The notes under the pieces: generated by a model
Told to the model about the DNA's origin: nothing
What the model saw: only the letters and a program-made list of their open reading frames with translations
Databases searched by the model: none
Source: a virus
Reading direction: 5' to 3' (one strand)
Virus record (IMG/VR): IMGVR_UViG_3300034418_006582
Coordinates: 14,157-78,156 of that record
DNA length: 64,000 nt
In this document: in pieces, positions 15,801-25,482 of the stretch
How the letters are laid out: the number at the start of each line of letters is the position of its first letter
How positions within the stretch are numbered: position 1 is the first letter of the stretch
Position numbers and translations under genes: made by a program

Positions 15801-15994
15801 TGGCAAGTGAATTTAATTTTCCAGCAGGAACAAAAAGAAAAGATGCACTGCATGAATTAATTGATTCTGATGATTTTATGGAAGTTGTTTTAAAACAATT
15901 TAATTACATGAGGATCAAAGGAATTAATTTAGTACAAGACGCAGATGATCTAGTAAATTTATATTTAAAAGTTTGCAAAGAAATTCCTGAGTAG
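15800..15994 (+). CDS. Hypothetical protein
   Basis: TAATG overlap with the upstream gene. Confidence 0.7.
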   Translation: MASEFNFPAGTKRKDALHELIDSDDFMEVVLKQFNYMRIKGINLVQDADDLVNLYLKVCKEIPE

Positions 15995-16006
15995 TATAAT
16001 TTTTTT

Positions 16007-16110
16007 GTATTCATCTATGGATCAATCCATAGTAAGCTGTAACAGAAAACGCCTTTCGTGTTACTGACTGAATAAGAAAGCGAGGTCTTCAACCACCTCG
16101 CTTTTTTATT
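16007..16110 (+). ncRNA. Candidate sRNA-2 with CCTTTCGTGTTACT
   Basis: TTGCAA-16-TATAAT promoter (15973-16000); CTATGG/CCATAG stem; AAAGCGAGGT/ACCTCGCTTT terminator. Confidence 0.55.
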
Positions 16111-16145
16111 TACCTTAAACTTTATAGGGATAGTCTATGATTATT

Positions 16146-16212
16146 AAGTCGGCTACTAAACCGACTTCCTCCCATCATCGGCTGTATCTAACGGTACAGC
16201 CTTATTTTTTTT
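16146..16212 (+). ncRNA. Candidate sRNA-6 with anti-SD seed TTCCTCCCATC
   Basis: TATGAT -10; AAGTCGG/CCGACTT stem; GGCTGTA/TACAGCC terminator plus U-tract. Confidence 0.45.
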
Positions 16213-16326
16213 AAGGATCTTTTTTTCTCTTGCTAAATCGTCTCGAATTTTTTTAGCAAGTCTTCTACGCTCTTTTCTGTTTAAAGTAGGTGCGTGATCT
16301 TTCTCTACTGTAAATATTTTCTTCAT
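16156..16326 (-). CDS. Basic microprotein (56 aa, not in ORF track)
   Basis: Hand translation MKKIFTVEKDHAPTLNRKERRRLAKKIR... Confidence 0.45.
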   Translation of the reverse strand: MKKIFTVEKDHAPTLNRKERRRLAKKIRDDLAREKKILKKNKAVPLDTADDGRKSV

Positions 16327-16383
16327 AATTTAAGAATACTAAAAGTTTTAAAAAAATCTTGCTTATGCTACTATGGAAAAACT

Positions 16384-16707
16384 ATGATTAAGAAAGTCGA
16401 TGAAAGTAACTTTAACGAAACAATTAATAGAGATGAAATTACCACTGTAGTTAAATTTGAAGCTGATTGGTGTATGCCATGCAAAGAAATTACGCCAGCA
16501 GTTGAATCTCTAAATCAGGAATGGAAAGACCGAAAGGTCGAATTTGTTGCTTTTGATATTGAAAGTGACACAAGCATTACTAATCAATACGGTATTTTCG
16601 GTGTACCAACTTTTATAGCTTTTCAGAATGGTCAGCCAGTTTCTGAAGTTCGTTCAAGAGTTAACATTGGAAATATTAAATCATCATTTGAAAAGTTCTT
16701 AGTCTGA
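16384..16707 (+). CDS. trxA: Thioredoxin
   Basis: WCMPC active site and VPT motif; start moved to MIKKV. Confidence 0.9.
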   Translation: MIKKVDESNFNETINRDEITTVVKFEADWCMPCKEITPAVESLNQEWKDRKVEFVAFDIESDTSITNQYGIFGVPTFIAFQNGQPVSEVRSRVNIGNIKSSFEKFLV

Positions 16708-16815
16708 TACTCGTTCAGGATCTCTAGGTTTTTTATTTGTTTTTCCCTAGCTGATCCTGACATGCTTTTTTATTTTTTTAGATTTTGTCACAAAGATATG
16801 TTATAATTTTTAGTT

Positions 16816-17910
16816 ATGGGAGAGATAATAAATACAGAAAATCGTAGAGAGGCAACTTATATGCAGTTGTCTGATGAAACAACTTTTGAACAATGGTTGG
16901 ACATAGGATCAAAACTTATACAAACTACACAAAATATTATGTGGTGGCTAGGTGATTGGTGGAACTTTGGTGAAAGAAAATACGGCGAGGCAGCAAGTCA
17001 GGCTTTATCAATGGAAATACCTTATTCTACTTTTAGTAAAGCCAGTTATGTAGCTAGGCAAATTGACAAAGAGCGTAGACTTCCAGAAGTTTCATGGTCT
17101 GTTCATAATGAAATTGCACAGTTAGATCAAGAAGATCAGGATAAGTTTTTAATTAAAGCTCGTGATGAAAAATTTACAGTAGCTAGAGCTAGAGAAGAAG
17201 TAAAGAAACATAAAGTACAAAAATTAGTTGATCCAAGTACAAGCAATGATGTAATGCTTTATCAAAATATAAATATTAAATCTAGTAATGTTTGGACTTT
17301 TGGAAAGGCATTAGGAAGTTATGGTGTTGAGGACGATCAGAAAACACCACCTCAAATGATAGCGAATTTGTTTTATTGGTTTGAAAATAGAGAACTTGAG
17401 GAAAATACAAAAGTAGTTGATCTTACTGATAAATATCAAGTGACATATGATGTTTGTAGAGATTTTGCTTTTCAATGCAATAGTTATGATCTTTATCCTC
17501 ATGCAGATGCAAAGAAAGTCCAACAAGCAGATTGGACAGTAGATAATTACCCTGATCCTGTACATGAGGCAGATATTGTAATTTTAAATATTTTAGATTA
17601 CTTAGATAATGCAAGCGACATTGATCCAGAGAATTTTTTAAGAAAACAAATTGTAGATCTTGGGGTAGCAATGAAACCAGGATCTCAACTTTTTCTCATA
17701 TGTCAAGATTTAGATGATTGGAAATTAGAAAATACTTTTTCTTTAATTTATGAGGAAAATGATTTTTCAGTTGTAGAATTTGTATCTATTCCTAATAAAA
17801 TTAGTTACTCAAAAGATGATGAGGTTAAAGCAATAGCTAATAGAGAGCTACTTAACAAATTTGGTTATGTATTAGTTCTTGAAGTTATTGATGATTCTTC
17901 TCAGTTTTAA
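16816..17910 (+). CDS. LmbU-like N-terminal domain fused to a degenerate MTase-like domain
   Basis: FEQW..IG...WWLGDWW..GE..YG; C-terminal half lacks intact FxGxG/DPPY. Confidence 0.55.
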   Translation: MGEIINTENRREATYMQLSDETTFEQWLDIGSKLIQTTQNIMWWLGDWWNFGERKYGEAASQALSMEIPYSTFSKASYVARQIDKERRLPEVSWSVHNEIAQLDQEDQDKFLIKARDEKFTVARAREEVKKHKVQKLVDPSTSNDVMLYQNINIKSSNVWTFGKALGSYGVEDDQKTPPQMIANLFYWFENRELEENTKVVDLTDKYQVTYDVCRDFAFQCNSYDLYPHADAKKVQQADWTVDNYPDPVHEADIVILNILDYLDNASDIDPENFLRKQIVDLGVAMKPGSQLFLICQDLDDWKLENTFSLIYEENDFSVVEFVSIPNKISYSKDDEVKAIANRELLNKFGYVLVLEVIDDSSQF

Positions 17911-17924
17911 CTGTTAGACTTCAT

Positions 17925-19187
17925 TTGATGGAGTCACAAAATATAAAAAAATTAGAAGTCAAAGTTGGTGCTGATACTTTTGTTATTGGTTTCCCAGCTT
18001 TACACGAAGCACAGCAAACAGTTTCAGATAGTAATGCTCGTTGGAAGATCTTGTGTGCTGGTAGGCGATTTGGTAAATCAAGACTTGGTGTCCAATTATG
18101 TATGGAAAAAGCCTTGCAAGGTAAAAGAGCTTGGTGGGTTGCACCTACTTATTCAATCGCAAGAGTTGGTTGGCGTGATATTCAAGAATCAGCAAGATCA
18201 TTCCCAGAACTTTTAGAACCTAATATTTCATTAGTCAATATGGAAGTAAAATTCCCTCAAACAGGTGGATCTATTGCAGTTAGATCTGCTGATACACCAC
18301 ATAGACTTCGTGGTGAAGGTTTGGATTTCTTAGTAATGGATGAGGCAGCATTCGTTAAGCCTGATGTATGGCAACAAGTTCTAAGACCTACTCTTACTGA
18401 AAGAAAAGGTGGTGCTTTATTTATCTCAACACCAATAGGTATGAACAATTGGTTTTATGAATTGTGGGAAATGGCTGAGGGTAGAGAGGATTGGGAAAGA
18501 TTCCAATTTCCTAGCTGGTCTAATCCTCTTGTAGATAAAGCAGAAGTTGAACAAGCTAAAACAGAAGTTGGATCTATTGTTTACGCTCAGGAATATTTAG
18601 CTGAATTTGTAGAGGCTGGACAAGGTTTATTAAAACCTGAGTGGCTTAGTTATTTTAAAGAAAAAAATGGTAGATACTTTACTGGTTCTGAAAATGTAGA
18701 GTTATCAGAATGTACAAGATTTGCTACAGTAGATCTTGCAACTAGCATTGATGAAAACGCAGATTATACAGTTATAGCCAGTTGCGCAGTCACACCACAA
18801 GGTAAAATACTTATTTTGGATATTCATCGTGAAAGGATGCAAGCACCAGACATAATACCTAAAATAAGACAAAAAATGAAAGAATTTGATTTACAATGGG
18901 TTGGTATGGAACGAGCAGGTTTCCAACTTTCGCTTATCCAGTTTGCTAAAAGAGATGGTCTAGCTGTCAAGGAATTGAAAGCTGACAAAGATAAAATTAG
19001 TCGTGCCATGCCTTTAGCAGCAAGGATGGAGTCTGGAGATGTATACTTTAGACAAGGTGCGATGTGGTTACCTGAAGTAGAAAGAGAATTAATGACATTT
19101 CCAGTAGGTCATCATGATGATGTAGTGGATGCATTAGCATACGGAGTTTTATGCGCTCAAGTGCGTAGAGAATGGATAGCATTTTAA
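17925..19187 (+). CDS. terL: Terminase large subunit
   Basis: GRRFGKS Walker A, DEAA Walker B, ISTP, HDDVVDA nuclease motif. Confidence 0.95.
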   Translation: MMESQNIKKLEVKVGADTFVIGFPALHEAQQTVSDSNARWKILCAGRRFGKSRLGVQLCMEKALQGKRAWWVAPTYSIARVGWRDIQESARSFPELLEPNISLVNMEVKFPQTGGSIAVRSADTPHRLRGEGLDFLVMDEAAFVKPDVWQQVLRPTLTERKGGALFISTPIGMNNWFYELWEMAEGREDWERFQFPSWSNPLVDKAEVEQAKTEVGSIVYAQEYLAEFVEAGQGLLKPEWLSYFKEKNGRYFTGSENVELSECTRFATVDLATSIDENADYTVIASCAVTPQGKILILDIHRERMQAPDIIPKIRQKMKEFDLQWVGMERAGFQLSLIQFAKRDGLAVKELKADKDKISRAMPLAARMESGDVYFRQGAMWLPEVERELMTFPVGHHDDVVDALAYGVLCAQVRREWIAF

Positions 19188-21863
19188 ATGGCAGATAATA
19201 AATCAAGAATAGGTAGATTTGTTGATTACCTTAATCAACCAACACAAAGACAACAACAAAAATATAGTAGATATAATCAGCAAACAAGTTTAGACAGAGC
19301 AGTTTACGGTTACAATACAGATGCTGGTTACTGGCCAGTTTCAGAATTAGATGATATCGGAGATGGATCAAACAATTCAGCAGTAGTTGCTTGTTTGAAT
19401 GTATTGACAACATCTTTTGCAGAACCAAAAAATATTGTTATTGATGATGAAGCAGAATATGGAAATGATCGAATAAAAAATCATCCAGTTTTAAAATTAT
19501 TAAATAGACCAAATCCATTTACTTCAGGTGTGTTAATGGCTCATTATATTGTTACAGCATTATCAGCTTATGGAGATGCTTATCTGTATAAAAACCGAAA
19601 TGTAGATGGAAATGTGGTAGAGCTGGTACCTTTAATGCCAAATATGGTTGAACCTAAAGGTGATGAAAATACTTTAATTACACATTTTAAATACAGTCCT
19701 TATGGTGGACTTGGAGGTAATAGTATAATCGTTCCAACTAACGATATAGTGCATATTCGTCAAGGAATAGATCCAAATAACCATAGACGAGGTTTCGCTC
19801 CTCTAAAATCAGTATTAAGAGAAATCTTAGGAGATGAGGCGGCAGGACAGTATGCAGCAGCACTCTTACATAACATGGCTGTACCAGGTGTCATACTCTC
19901 TCCAAAAGATGACTCAATGGGTGGTCCATCGAAAGAGGAAGCTGAGGCTATCTCTGCGATGTACAAGCAGAAGTTTGGTGGCAAGAACAGAGGTGCGCCA
20001 ATGATCTTGTCAGGTGCGATGAATGTTGAAGTCGTGTCTTTTTCACCAGATCAAATGAACTTAACTGAACTTAGGAAATTGCCTGAAGAGAGAGTATCTG
20101 CTGTTTTAGGTGTCCCAGCTATACTCGCTGGACTCGGCGCTGGTTTAGACGCAGCAACATACAACAATACTCGTGAATTAAGAGAATTTTTTACAGAACA
20201 AAAATTAGTACCTTTATGGAAATCTGTAGCATCAGAGCTTACACATCAATTATTAAGAAAAGATTATGAAGCTGAAGGGTTAAGTATTAAATACGATCTT
20301 GAAGATGTAAGGGCATTATCACAAGATAAAGATGATCTTTATAAAAGAATGAATACTGCTGTTCAAGGTGGTTGGATAACAATTGGTGAGGCTAGAAAAG
20401 CAGTAGGACTTGATGTTGATGACAGTCATGAGGTTTATTTAAGACCAATGAATATGATCGAAACAGCACCAGGTCAAAATAATATACCTCAAGAAGAACA
20501 GGAAACAGAACCTGTACAAGAAGATCCAGTTTTGCAAATTGCAAAACAATTAATTGATAAAGTTTTGACTACTGGTGGCGCAAGCGTTGACTCAACTAGA
20601 TCTCCAGTGGTAAAACCAACACCAACTTATCTAGATGAAGAGGAAATGAAATATGTTGCTGAAATGCCAAATGGTGCATGGTGTATTTTAGATCATGATA
20701 CTAATGATGTTATAGAGTGTTTTTCATCTGAAAGTGAAGCAAGAGATGAACTTGAGAGAATGAAAAAAGATGTGAAAGCACCTAAGAAAACTAACTTTCC
20801 TAGTTCAGGTGATAATCAAACTATATCGATCAGTAATAGCAAATTTAAACAATTTCCAGATTATAACTATGTAAAAGACTTAAAAGAAAACTGGCCAGAG
20901 ATTTGGCGTAGAGCTGGTACAGGTGGTAATCCACCAACTTCATTTACTGGCAATGACGCATTTAACAGATGGACTAAGTACAGATCAGGCGATAGATCAG
21001 AATCTGTTTTAAATTGGGTAAAGCGTAGAGAAAGTTTTATGGCAAGACATTCTGGGAATACAAAACTAAATGGTTACATTGCAGTTATGAAGTGGGGTGG
21101 AGTTACTAAAACTGGCGTTTCTGCTATGAAAAAAACTGTAAATGAATACAAAAAAGTTGTCAGGGAAAGAAGAAAGATACAAGAGGAATTACTTGCTGAA
21201 ATTGAGAGCAAAGCATTATCACAAGTAGTTAAAGATTCTTTAAAGAAAAAAGTGGAAGATCATAATGCAAAAAATCCTAAATACAGAGCTACATTAAGAA
21301 TGTTGACTGCAAGTTATAACAGAGGTTTAGCAGCATATCAAAATAATCCTGGATCTGTCAGGGGTAATGTAAGTTCACCACAACAATGGGCAATGGCCAG
21401 AGTGAATGGACTATTAACAGCTTTAAGAACTGGTAAATTCAAGAGGACTGCTTATGATACAGATTTGTTACCAAGCAATCATCCTTTAAGCTCTAAAAAA
21501 AATAATGAAAATATTATTGAGGAGATCAATGTAAGCACTGAAGAGGCAGAAGCTCTTTTTGAAGTTGAGTTTGAAAGTGCAAGATCTGAAAAAGCACCAG
21601 CAGGATCAATTAAAAAAGGTGACGCTGTTTCATGGAGTATAAATAAAGATCCACAACCAGCCTCAACAGCTAATGGAATTGTGACAAGTGTAGCTACATC
21701 TGGATCTATCTCAGTAGGTCAAGAAAAAATGGACGCAACACCAGAAAAGCCTATAGCTAAAATTAAAGTTTGGGCTATTAATGAAGATGGATCTAGAACA
21801 GAAACTGATAGATCAGTAATACAACCAGTTTCTAAACTTCGTAAAATCTCCGATTTTCGCTAG
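19188..21863 (+). CDS. HK97-type portal protein with about 450 aa of C-terminal accessory domains
   Basis: LLNRPNP, GDAYL, IVHIR, SAVLGVP, ITIGEAR portal motifs; position after terL. Confidence 0.9.
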   Translation: MADNKSRIGRFVDYLNQPTQRQQQKYSRYNQQTSLDRAVYGYNTDAGYWPVSELDDIGDGSNNSAVVACLNVLTTSFAEPKNIVIDDEAEYGNDRIKNHPVLKLLNRPNPFTSGVLMAHYIVTALSAYGDAYLYKNRNVDGNVVELVPLMPNMVEPKGDENTLITHFKYSPYGGLGGNSIIVPTNDIVHIRQGIDPNNHRRGFAPLKSVLREILGDEAAGQYAAALLHNMAVPGVILSPKDDSMGGPSKEEAEAISAMYKQKFGGKNRGAPMILSGAMNVEVVSFSPDQMNLTELRKLPEERVSAVLGVPAILAGLGAGLDAATYNNTRELREFFTEQKLVPLWKSVASELTHQLLRKDYEAEGLSIKYDLEDVRALSQDKDDLYKRMNTAVQGGWITIGEARKAVGLDVDDSHEVYLRPMNMIETAPGQNNIPQEEQETEPVQEDPVLQIAKQLIDKVLTTGGASVDSTRSPVVKPTPTYLDEEEMKYVAEMPNGAWCILDHDTNDVIECFSSESEARDELERMKKDVKAPKKTNFPSSGDNQTISISNSKFKQFPDYNYVKDLKENWPEIWRRAGTGGNPPTSFTGNDAFNRWTKYRSGDRSESVLNWVKRRESFMARHSGNTKLNGYIAVMKWGGVTKTGVSAMKKTVNEYKKVVRERRKIQEELLAEIESKALSQVVKDSLKKKVEDHNAKNPKYRATLRMLTASYNRGLAAYQNNPGSVRGNVSSPQQWAMARVNGLLTALRTGKFKRTAYDTDLLPSNHPLSSKKNNENIIEEINVSTEEAEALFEVEFESARSEKAPAGSIKKGDAVSWSINKDPQPASTANGIVTSVATSGSISVGQEKMDATPEKPIAKIKVWAINEDGSRTETDRSVIQPVSKLRKISDFR

Positions 21864-22041
21864 GGATATAATTAATACCTCTAGATCTCAATTCATTAAC
21901 TAACTTAACTTGTTCATCAGAATTAATTAATGCTAATTCATCAGTAATTAACTTATTTCTGTTGGATTTATCAGCTTTCGCTAAAGCGTCCATGAACATG
22001 TGAAAAGGTGCTACAGATTTTGTAGTTCTTTCTTCAGCCAT
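21832..22041 (-). CDS. Hypothetical protein (moron-like)
   Basis: Opposite-strand ORF filling the portal-protease gap. Confidence 0.55.
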   Translation of the reverse strand: MAEERTTKSVAPFHMFMDALAKADKSNRNKLITDELALINSDEQVKLVNELRSRGINYIPSENRRFYEV

Positions 22042-22280
22042 TTTAATAACTCGTTCCTATCCTCAGCGCCATATGTAAAATCTTTAGCGCTAAAATTGTC
22101 CGATACTCTTATTTTAAAATCATTTAAAGACAATGGGACCTCACGATCAAAAATATCCAAAGTAGCTGAACCGTCAGACATGACTTCAAGCCTGAAAGAT
22201 CCAGATCCAATGTGCAAAGTTGATATTTTTACTATCTCTAAATTCACAATATTAGTATAGCAGTGATTGGCAAATATCAA
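22011..22280 (-). CDS. Hypothetical protein (moron-like)
   Basis: Opposite-strand ORF; start uncertain. Confidence 0.55.
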   Translation of the reverse strand: MIFANHCYTNIVNLEIVKISTLHIGSGSFRLEVMSDGSATLDIFDREVPLSLNDFKIRVSDNFSAKDFTYGAEDRNELLKWLKKELQNL

Positions 22281-22401
22281 GTGGCAATCGGAAATACACT
22301 AACTTTAATTTTTTTTCTATAAAATACCATTGTTGTACTGTTTAGGCAGTAGAGCTGTGCGCACCAATTAAATATATATATTAGATAGGAGCTATAGCAA
22401 T

Positions 22402-23880
22402 ATGTCTGAAGAGTATAAAAAAATAGATGTAGAGTTTAGTAAATCAGAAGGTGAAGAAGGCAAAGTCAAAGCTGTATTTTCTGTTTTCAACGATGTGGAC
22501 AGTGACGGTGATGTCGTTTTACCTACAGCTATCAAATCAGGTTTTGATCCAGTAAATGAAGAAGTACCAATGGTCTGGGCGCACCAATGGGATAAGCCAA
22601 TAGGTAGAGGAAAGATTGTAAAAGATGGTGAAAAAGCAGTTTTTGACGGTGAGTTTTTTATGGACACTGACAGTGGATCAGAGGCTTACAAACTTGTCAA
22701 GAATATGGGTAATTTGCAACAATGGTCTTTTGGTTTTAGAGTAGAAGATTCAGAATATGGAAAGTTTAAAAAATCATCTGATCAAGATGAGCAAGATGTT
22801 CGATACCTCAAAAATTTATCGGTATATGAAGTTAGCCCAGTTTTGGTTGGAGCTAACCAAGATACATTCACTATGGCAATTAAGTCAACAAACAAAGACA
22901 CCGATGAGAAAGGTGTTCTTGGACACGACAGTTTCCAATCTGAAGATCAAGATGAAGAAGTTGAAGAGAAAAATAAATTAGCTGGAGATCTATACAACAC
23001 ACAAGAAGAAGCTGAGGAAAGAGCAAAACAACTTGGCTGTTCTGGATCTCATAGTATAGATAGCAATGGATCCGTGTATTTTATGCCATGCGCAACTCAT
23101 GAACAATATGAGGAAAGTATGAAAAAAGAAGCTAAGACACACACTGAACAACATGCAGCAATGGAAGCTCTTGGAAATATTGCAAATGACATGAAAGATA
23201 TTTTACAAGCAATTCCAAAAGATGAAAATGCAGACTTGCCACAGTGGTGGGTTGATTTAGTCAGGGAAGTTGCTGAAAAAATGAAACAGGTTAAAGACAA
23301 TCTTATAGAACCTGATCCTGAAAAGATACAAAATTTAGAAGTTTCGGAAAAGAGTGCCAGCGTGCAAGGTAAACGCTTTTCTGATGAGGTAAAAGATGTG
23401 CTTGCAGCATTGAATAGCCTAGTCGCCAGAGTTCAAGCTATAGGAGAACTCCGACAAAAGAATGGTAGGAAGTTGGGGGTTTCAGCAACAGAAGCTCTCA
23501 GAACAGTTCAAGAAAGTGTCGCAGATGCTTTTGATGAACTAGATAAATTCGTAGAAGAATTTGGAAGTGAGGGTGCATTGGAAACTGAAACAGTTGAAAA
23601 TACCGAAATAGAAGATCAAATAGCAGAAACTGAAGTAGAAATTTCAGACGAAGTTGAAACTGAAGAGGAAGTAGTAGAGGAAGAACCAAAAGCTGAGGCT
23701 GAGGTTGTAGATCCTGCTGAAGAACCAGAGGTTGATACAGGTGATGAAAGAGAAACTGAGGAACCTGTTGATCAAGTAGAAGTAGAAGTAGACACAGAGT
23801 TAGATAATCTTTGGCTAGAAAGTCAAGAAGTATTGTCTGACATTACATTAACCGACATTGAATTAGAAGACACAGAATAA
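22402..23880 (+). CDS. HK97-family prohead protease with acidic extension
   Basis: DSDGD, WAHQWDKPIG, WSFGF, YEVSPVLVGAN. Confidence 0.92.
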   Translation: MSEEYKKIDVEFSKSEGEEGKVKAVFSVFNDVDSDGDVVLPTAIKSGFDPVNEEVPMVWAHQWDKPIGRGKIVKDGEKAVFDGEFFMDTDSGSEAYKLVKNMGNLQQWSFGFRVEDSEYGKFKKSSDQDEQDVRYLKNLSVYEVSPVLVGANQDTFTMAIKSTNKDTDEKGVLGHDSFQSEDQDEEVEEKNKLAGDLYNTQEEAEERAKQLGCSGSHSIDSNGSVYFMPCATHEQYEESMKKEAKTHTEQHAAMEALGNIANDMKDILQAIPKDENADLPQWWVDLVREVAEKMKQVKDNLIEPDPEKIQNLEVSEKSASVQGKRFSDEVKDVLAALNSLVARVQAIGELRQKNGRKLGVSATEALRTVQESVADAFDELDKFVEEFGSEGALETETVENTEIEDQIAETEVEISDEVETEEEVVEEEPKAEAEVVDPAEEPEVDTGDERETEEPVDQVEVEVDTELDNLWLESQEVLSDITLTDIELEDTE

Positions 23881-23897
23881 ATTATCGAGGAGTAATA

Positions 23898-25136
23898 ATG
23901 GATGTAAAAAAAATCCGTGAAGACATCGCTAAAGAATCTGCTGAATTAAAAGGTCTTTTTGACCAAATCTCAGAACAAGACGGTGGCGCTACTTCAGAGC
24001 AAAAAAAATCTATCGTTGATAGAAATGAAGCTCTTAAAGGTTTAAGAGATGATCTTAAAGTAGCTGAAGCTAAATCTAAATTAGATATGAGCGACAGCCC
24101 TGTAGCAAGCATACCTAACCCATCAGAAGAATCAAAAGGTTCATCTTTTGGTGCAGAAGTTCTAAAATCAGCAGCTTACAAAAGCTATGTTGAAAATGGT
24201 GCTAAGAATATTCAAAGCACAGTTCCTTTTGAAGTTAAGACTAACTTAACTACAACTGGATACCCACCAGAGTCTTTAAGACAACCTGGTATTTTGGAAA
24301 CAGCTCTTCGTGATCCTAATGCAGTTATTGGATTGTTTGATCAAATTCAAACAGATCAAAACGCTTTCGTTTATTTGGAAGAAACAACTTTCACAAATAA
24401 CGCAGCTGAAGCCGCAGAGGCAGCAGCAGTTGGTGAAGCAGCATTAGCATTCACAGAGAGAACAGCCACAATTTCAAAACTTGGTGTAAATATACCAGTT
24501 ACTGATGAATTAATGGCAGATGTTTCTGGCCTTGAGGGATATTTGAACTCAAGATTGCAAACAATGATCAGACTTCGTTTGGACAGCCAACTTCTTTCAG
24601 GAGATGGTACTTCCCCAAACCTAGAAGGTATCTTAGACGCTGGTAAAGCAAGCGTTGGATCAACTGATTATTCCAGCTACGCAGGTGGCTTAGGCAGAAT
24701 TGGCGCAATTTATAATGCAATTACCGATATTCGTGTAAATGCTTTTACTGAGCCAGATGCTGTTGTTATCCACCCTAATGATTGGGCGCAAATCGTACTT
24801 CAATTAGATGAAGACTTTGCAGGCACAAGCTCTGCTGGATATACAGCTAAAAGCCCTGTATTTGCTAGCGCAGGTGGTTTTGCTGGAGGAGTAGCTAATC
24901 AATTGTGGGGACTTAAAGTCGTTCCTTCAACAGCTATTTCCGAAGGTACCATGCTAGTTGGTAAATTTGGTGGTGGAGAAGCTGCACATGTTGTCATGAG
25001 ACAAGGTATTGACATCGCAGTTTCTGATTCACATGGTGAAAACTTTACAAAGAACATCATGGTGATCAGAGCTACAATGCGTGTTGGATTCCCTGTTTAC
25101 AGACAAGCAGCATTCCATAAGATCACAAACGCTTAA
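23898..25136 (+). CDS. Major capsid protein (HK97 fold)
   Basis: N-terminal coiled-coil delta domain; LLSGDG, IHPNDW, LWGLKV, FTKN..VIRA..R. Confidence 0.93.
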   Translation: MDVKKIREDIAKESAELKGLFDQISEQDGGATSEQKKSIVDRNEALKGLRDDLKVAEAKSKLDMSDSPVASIPNPSEESKGSSFGAEVLKSAAYKSYVENGAKNIQSTVPFEVKTNLTTTGYPPESLRQPGILETALRDPNAVIGLFDQIQTDQNAFVYLEETTFTNNAAEAAEAAAVGEAALAFTERTATISKLGVNIPVTDELMADVSGLEGYLNSRLQTMIRLRLDSQLLSGDGTSPNLEGILDAGKASVGSTDYSSYAGGLGRIGAIYNAITDIRVNAFTEPDAVVIHPNDWAQIVLQLDEDFAGTSSAGYTAKSPVFASAGGFAGGVANQLWGLKVVPSTAISEGTMLVGKFGGGEAAHVVMRQGIDIAVSDSHGENFTKNIMVIRATMRVGFPVYRQAAFHKITNA

Positions 25137-25154
25137 TTTTATTAAGTAGTTTTA

Positions 25155-25178
25155 GTATGGGGGCTAACGCCCCCATAC
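25155..25178 (+). terminator. Hairpin after the capsid gene
   Basis: GTATGGGGG-CTAACG-CCCCCATAC; weak U-tract. Confidence 0.55.
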
Positions 25179-25234
25179 GCATTTAAGAGGCAAAAACCCA
25201 AAAAGTATTAAAAGTAAGTTAGGATTAAATCATT

Positions 25235-25471
25235 ATGGCAGAGAAATTTATAACATTAGAGAAAGATTTATGGCAAATGGGCGATGGATCCTTTTTTGAA
25301 GGACCTAAAGCTGAACTTCCAAAATCAAATGCTTCTAAGTTAGGTGGCGCTGGTAAAAGCTACCCAGAAAGTTATTTGAAAGAAATTGGATATATTAAGC
25401 CAGAAAAGAAAGTTTCTAAAAAGAAAGTTGAAAATAAGGCTGTTAAGCCAAAAGATGTAGAAGATAAGTAA
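25235..25471 (+). CDS. Small head-associated protein
   Basis: Position after MCP; ENKA...EDK tail. Confidence 0.65.
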   Translation: MAEKFITLEKDLWQMGDGSFFEGPKAELPKSNASKLGGAGKSYPESYLKEIGYIKPEKKVSKKKVENKAVKPKDVEDK

Positions 25472-25482
25472 GGAGATCCTAA

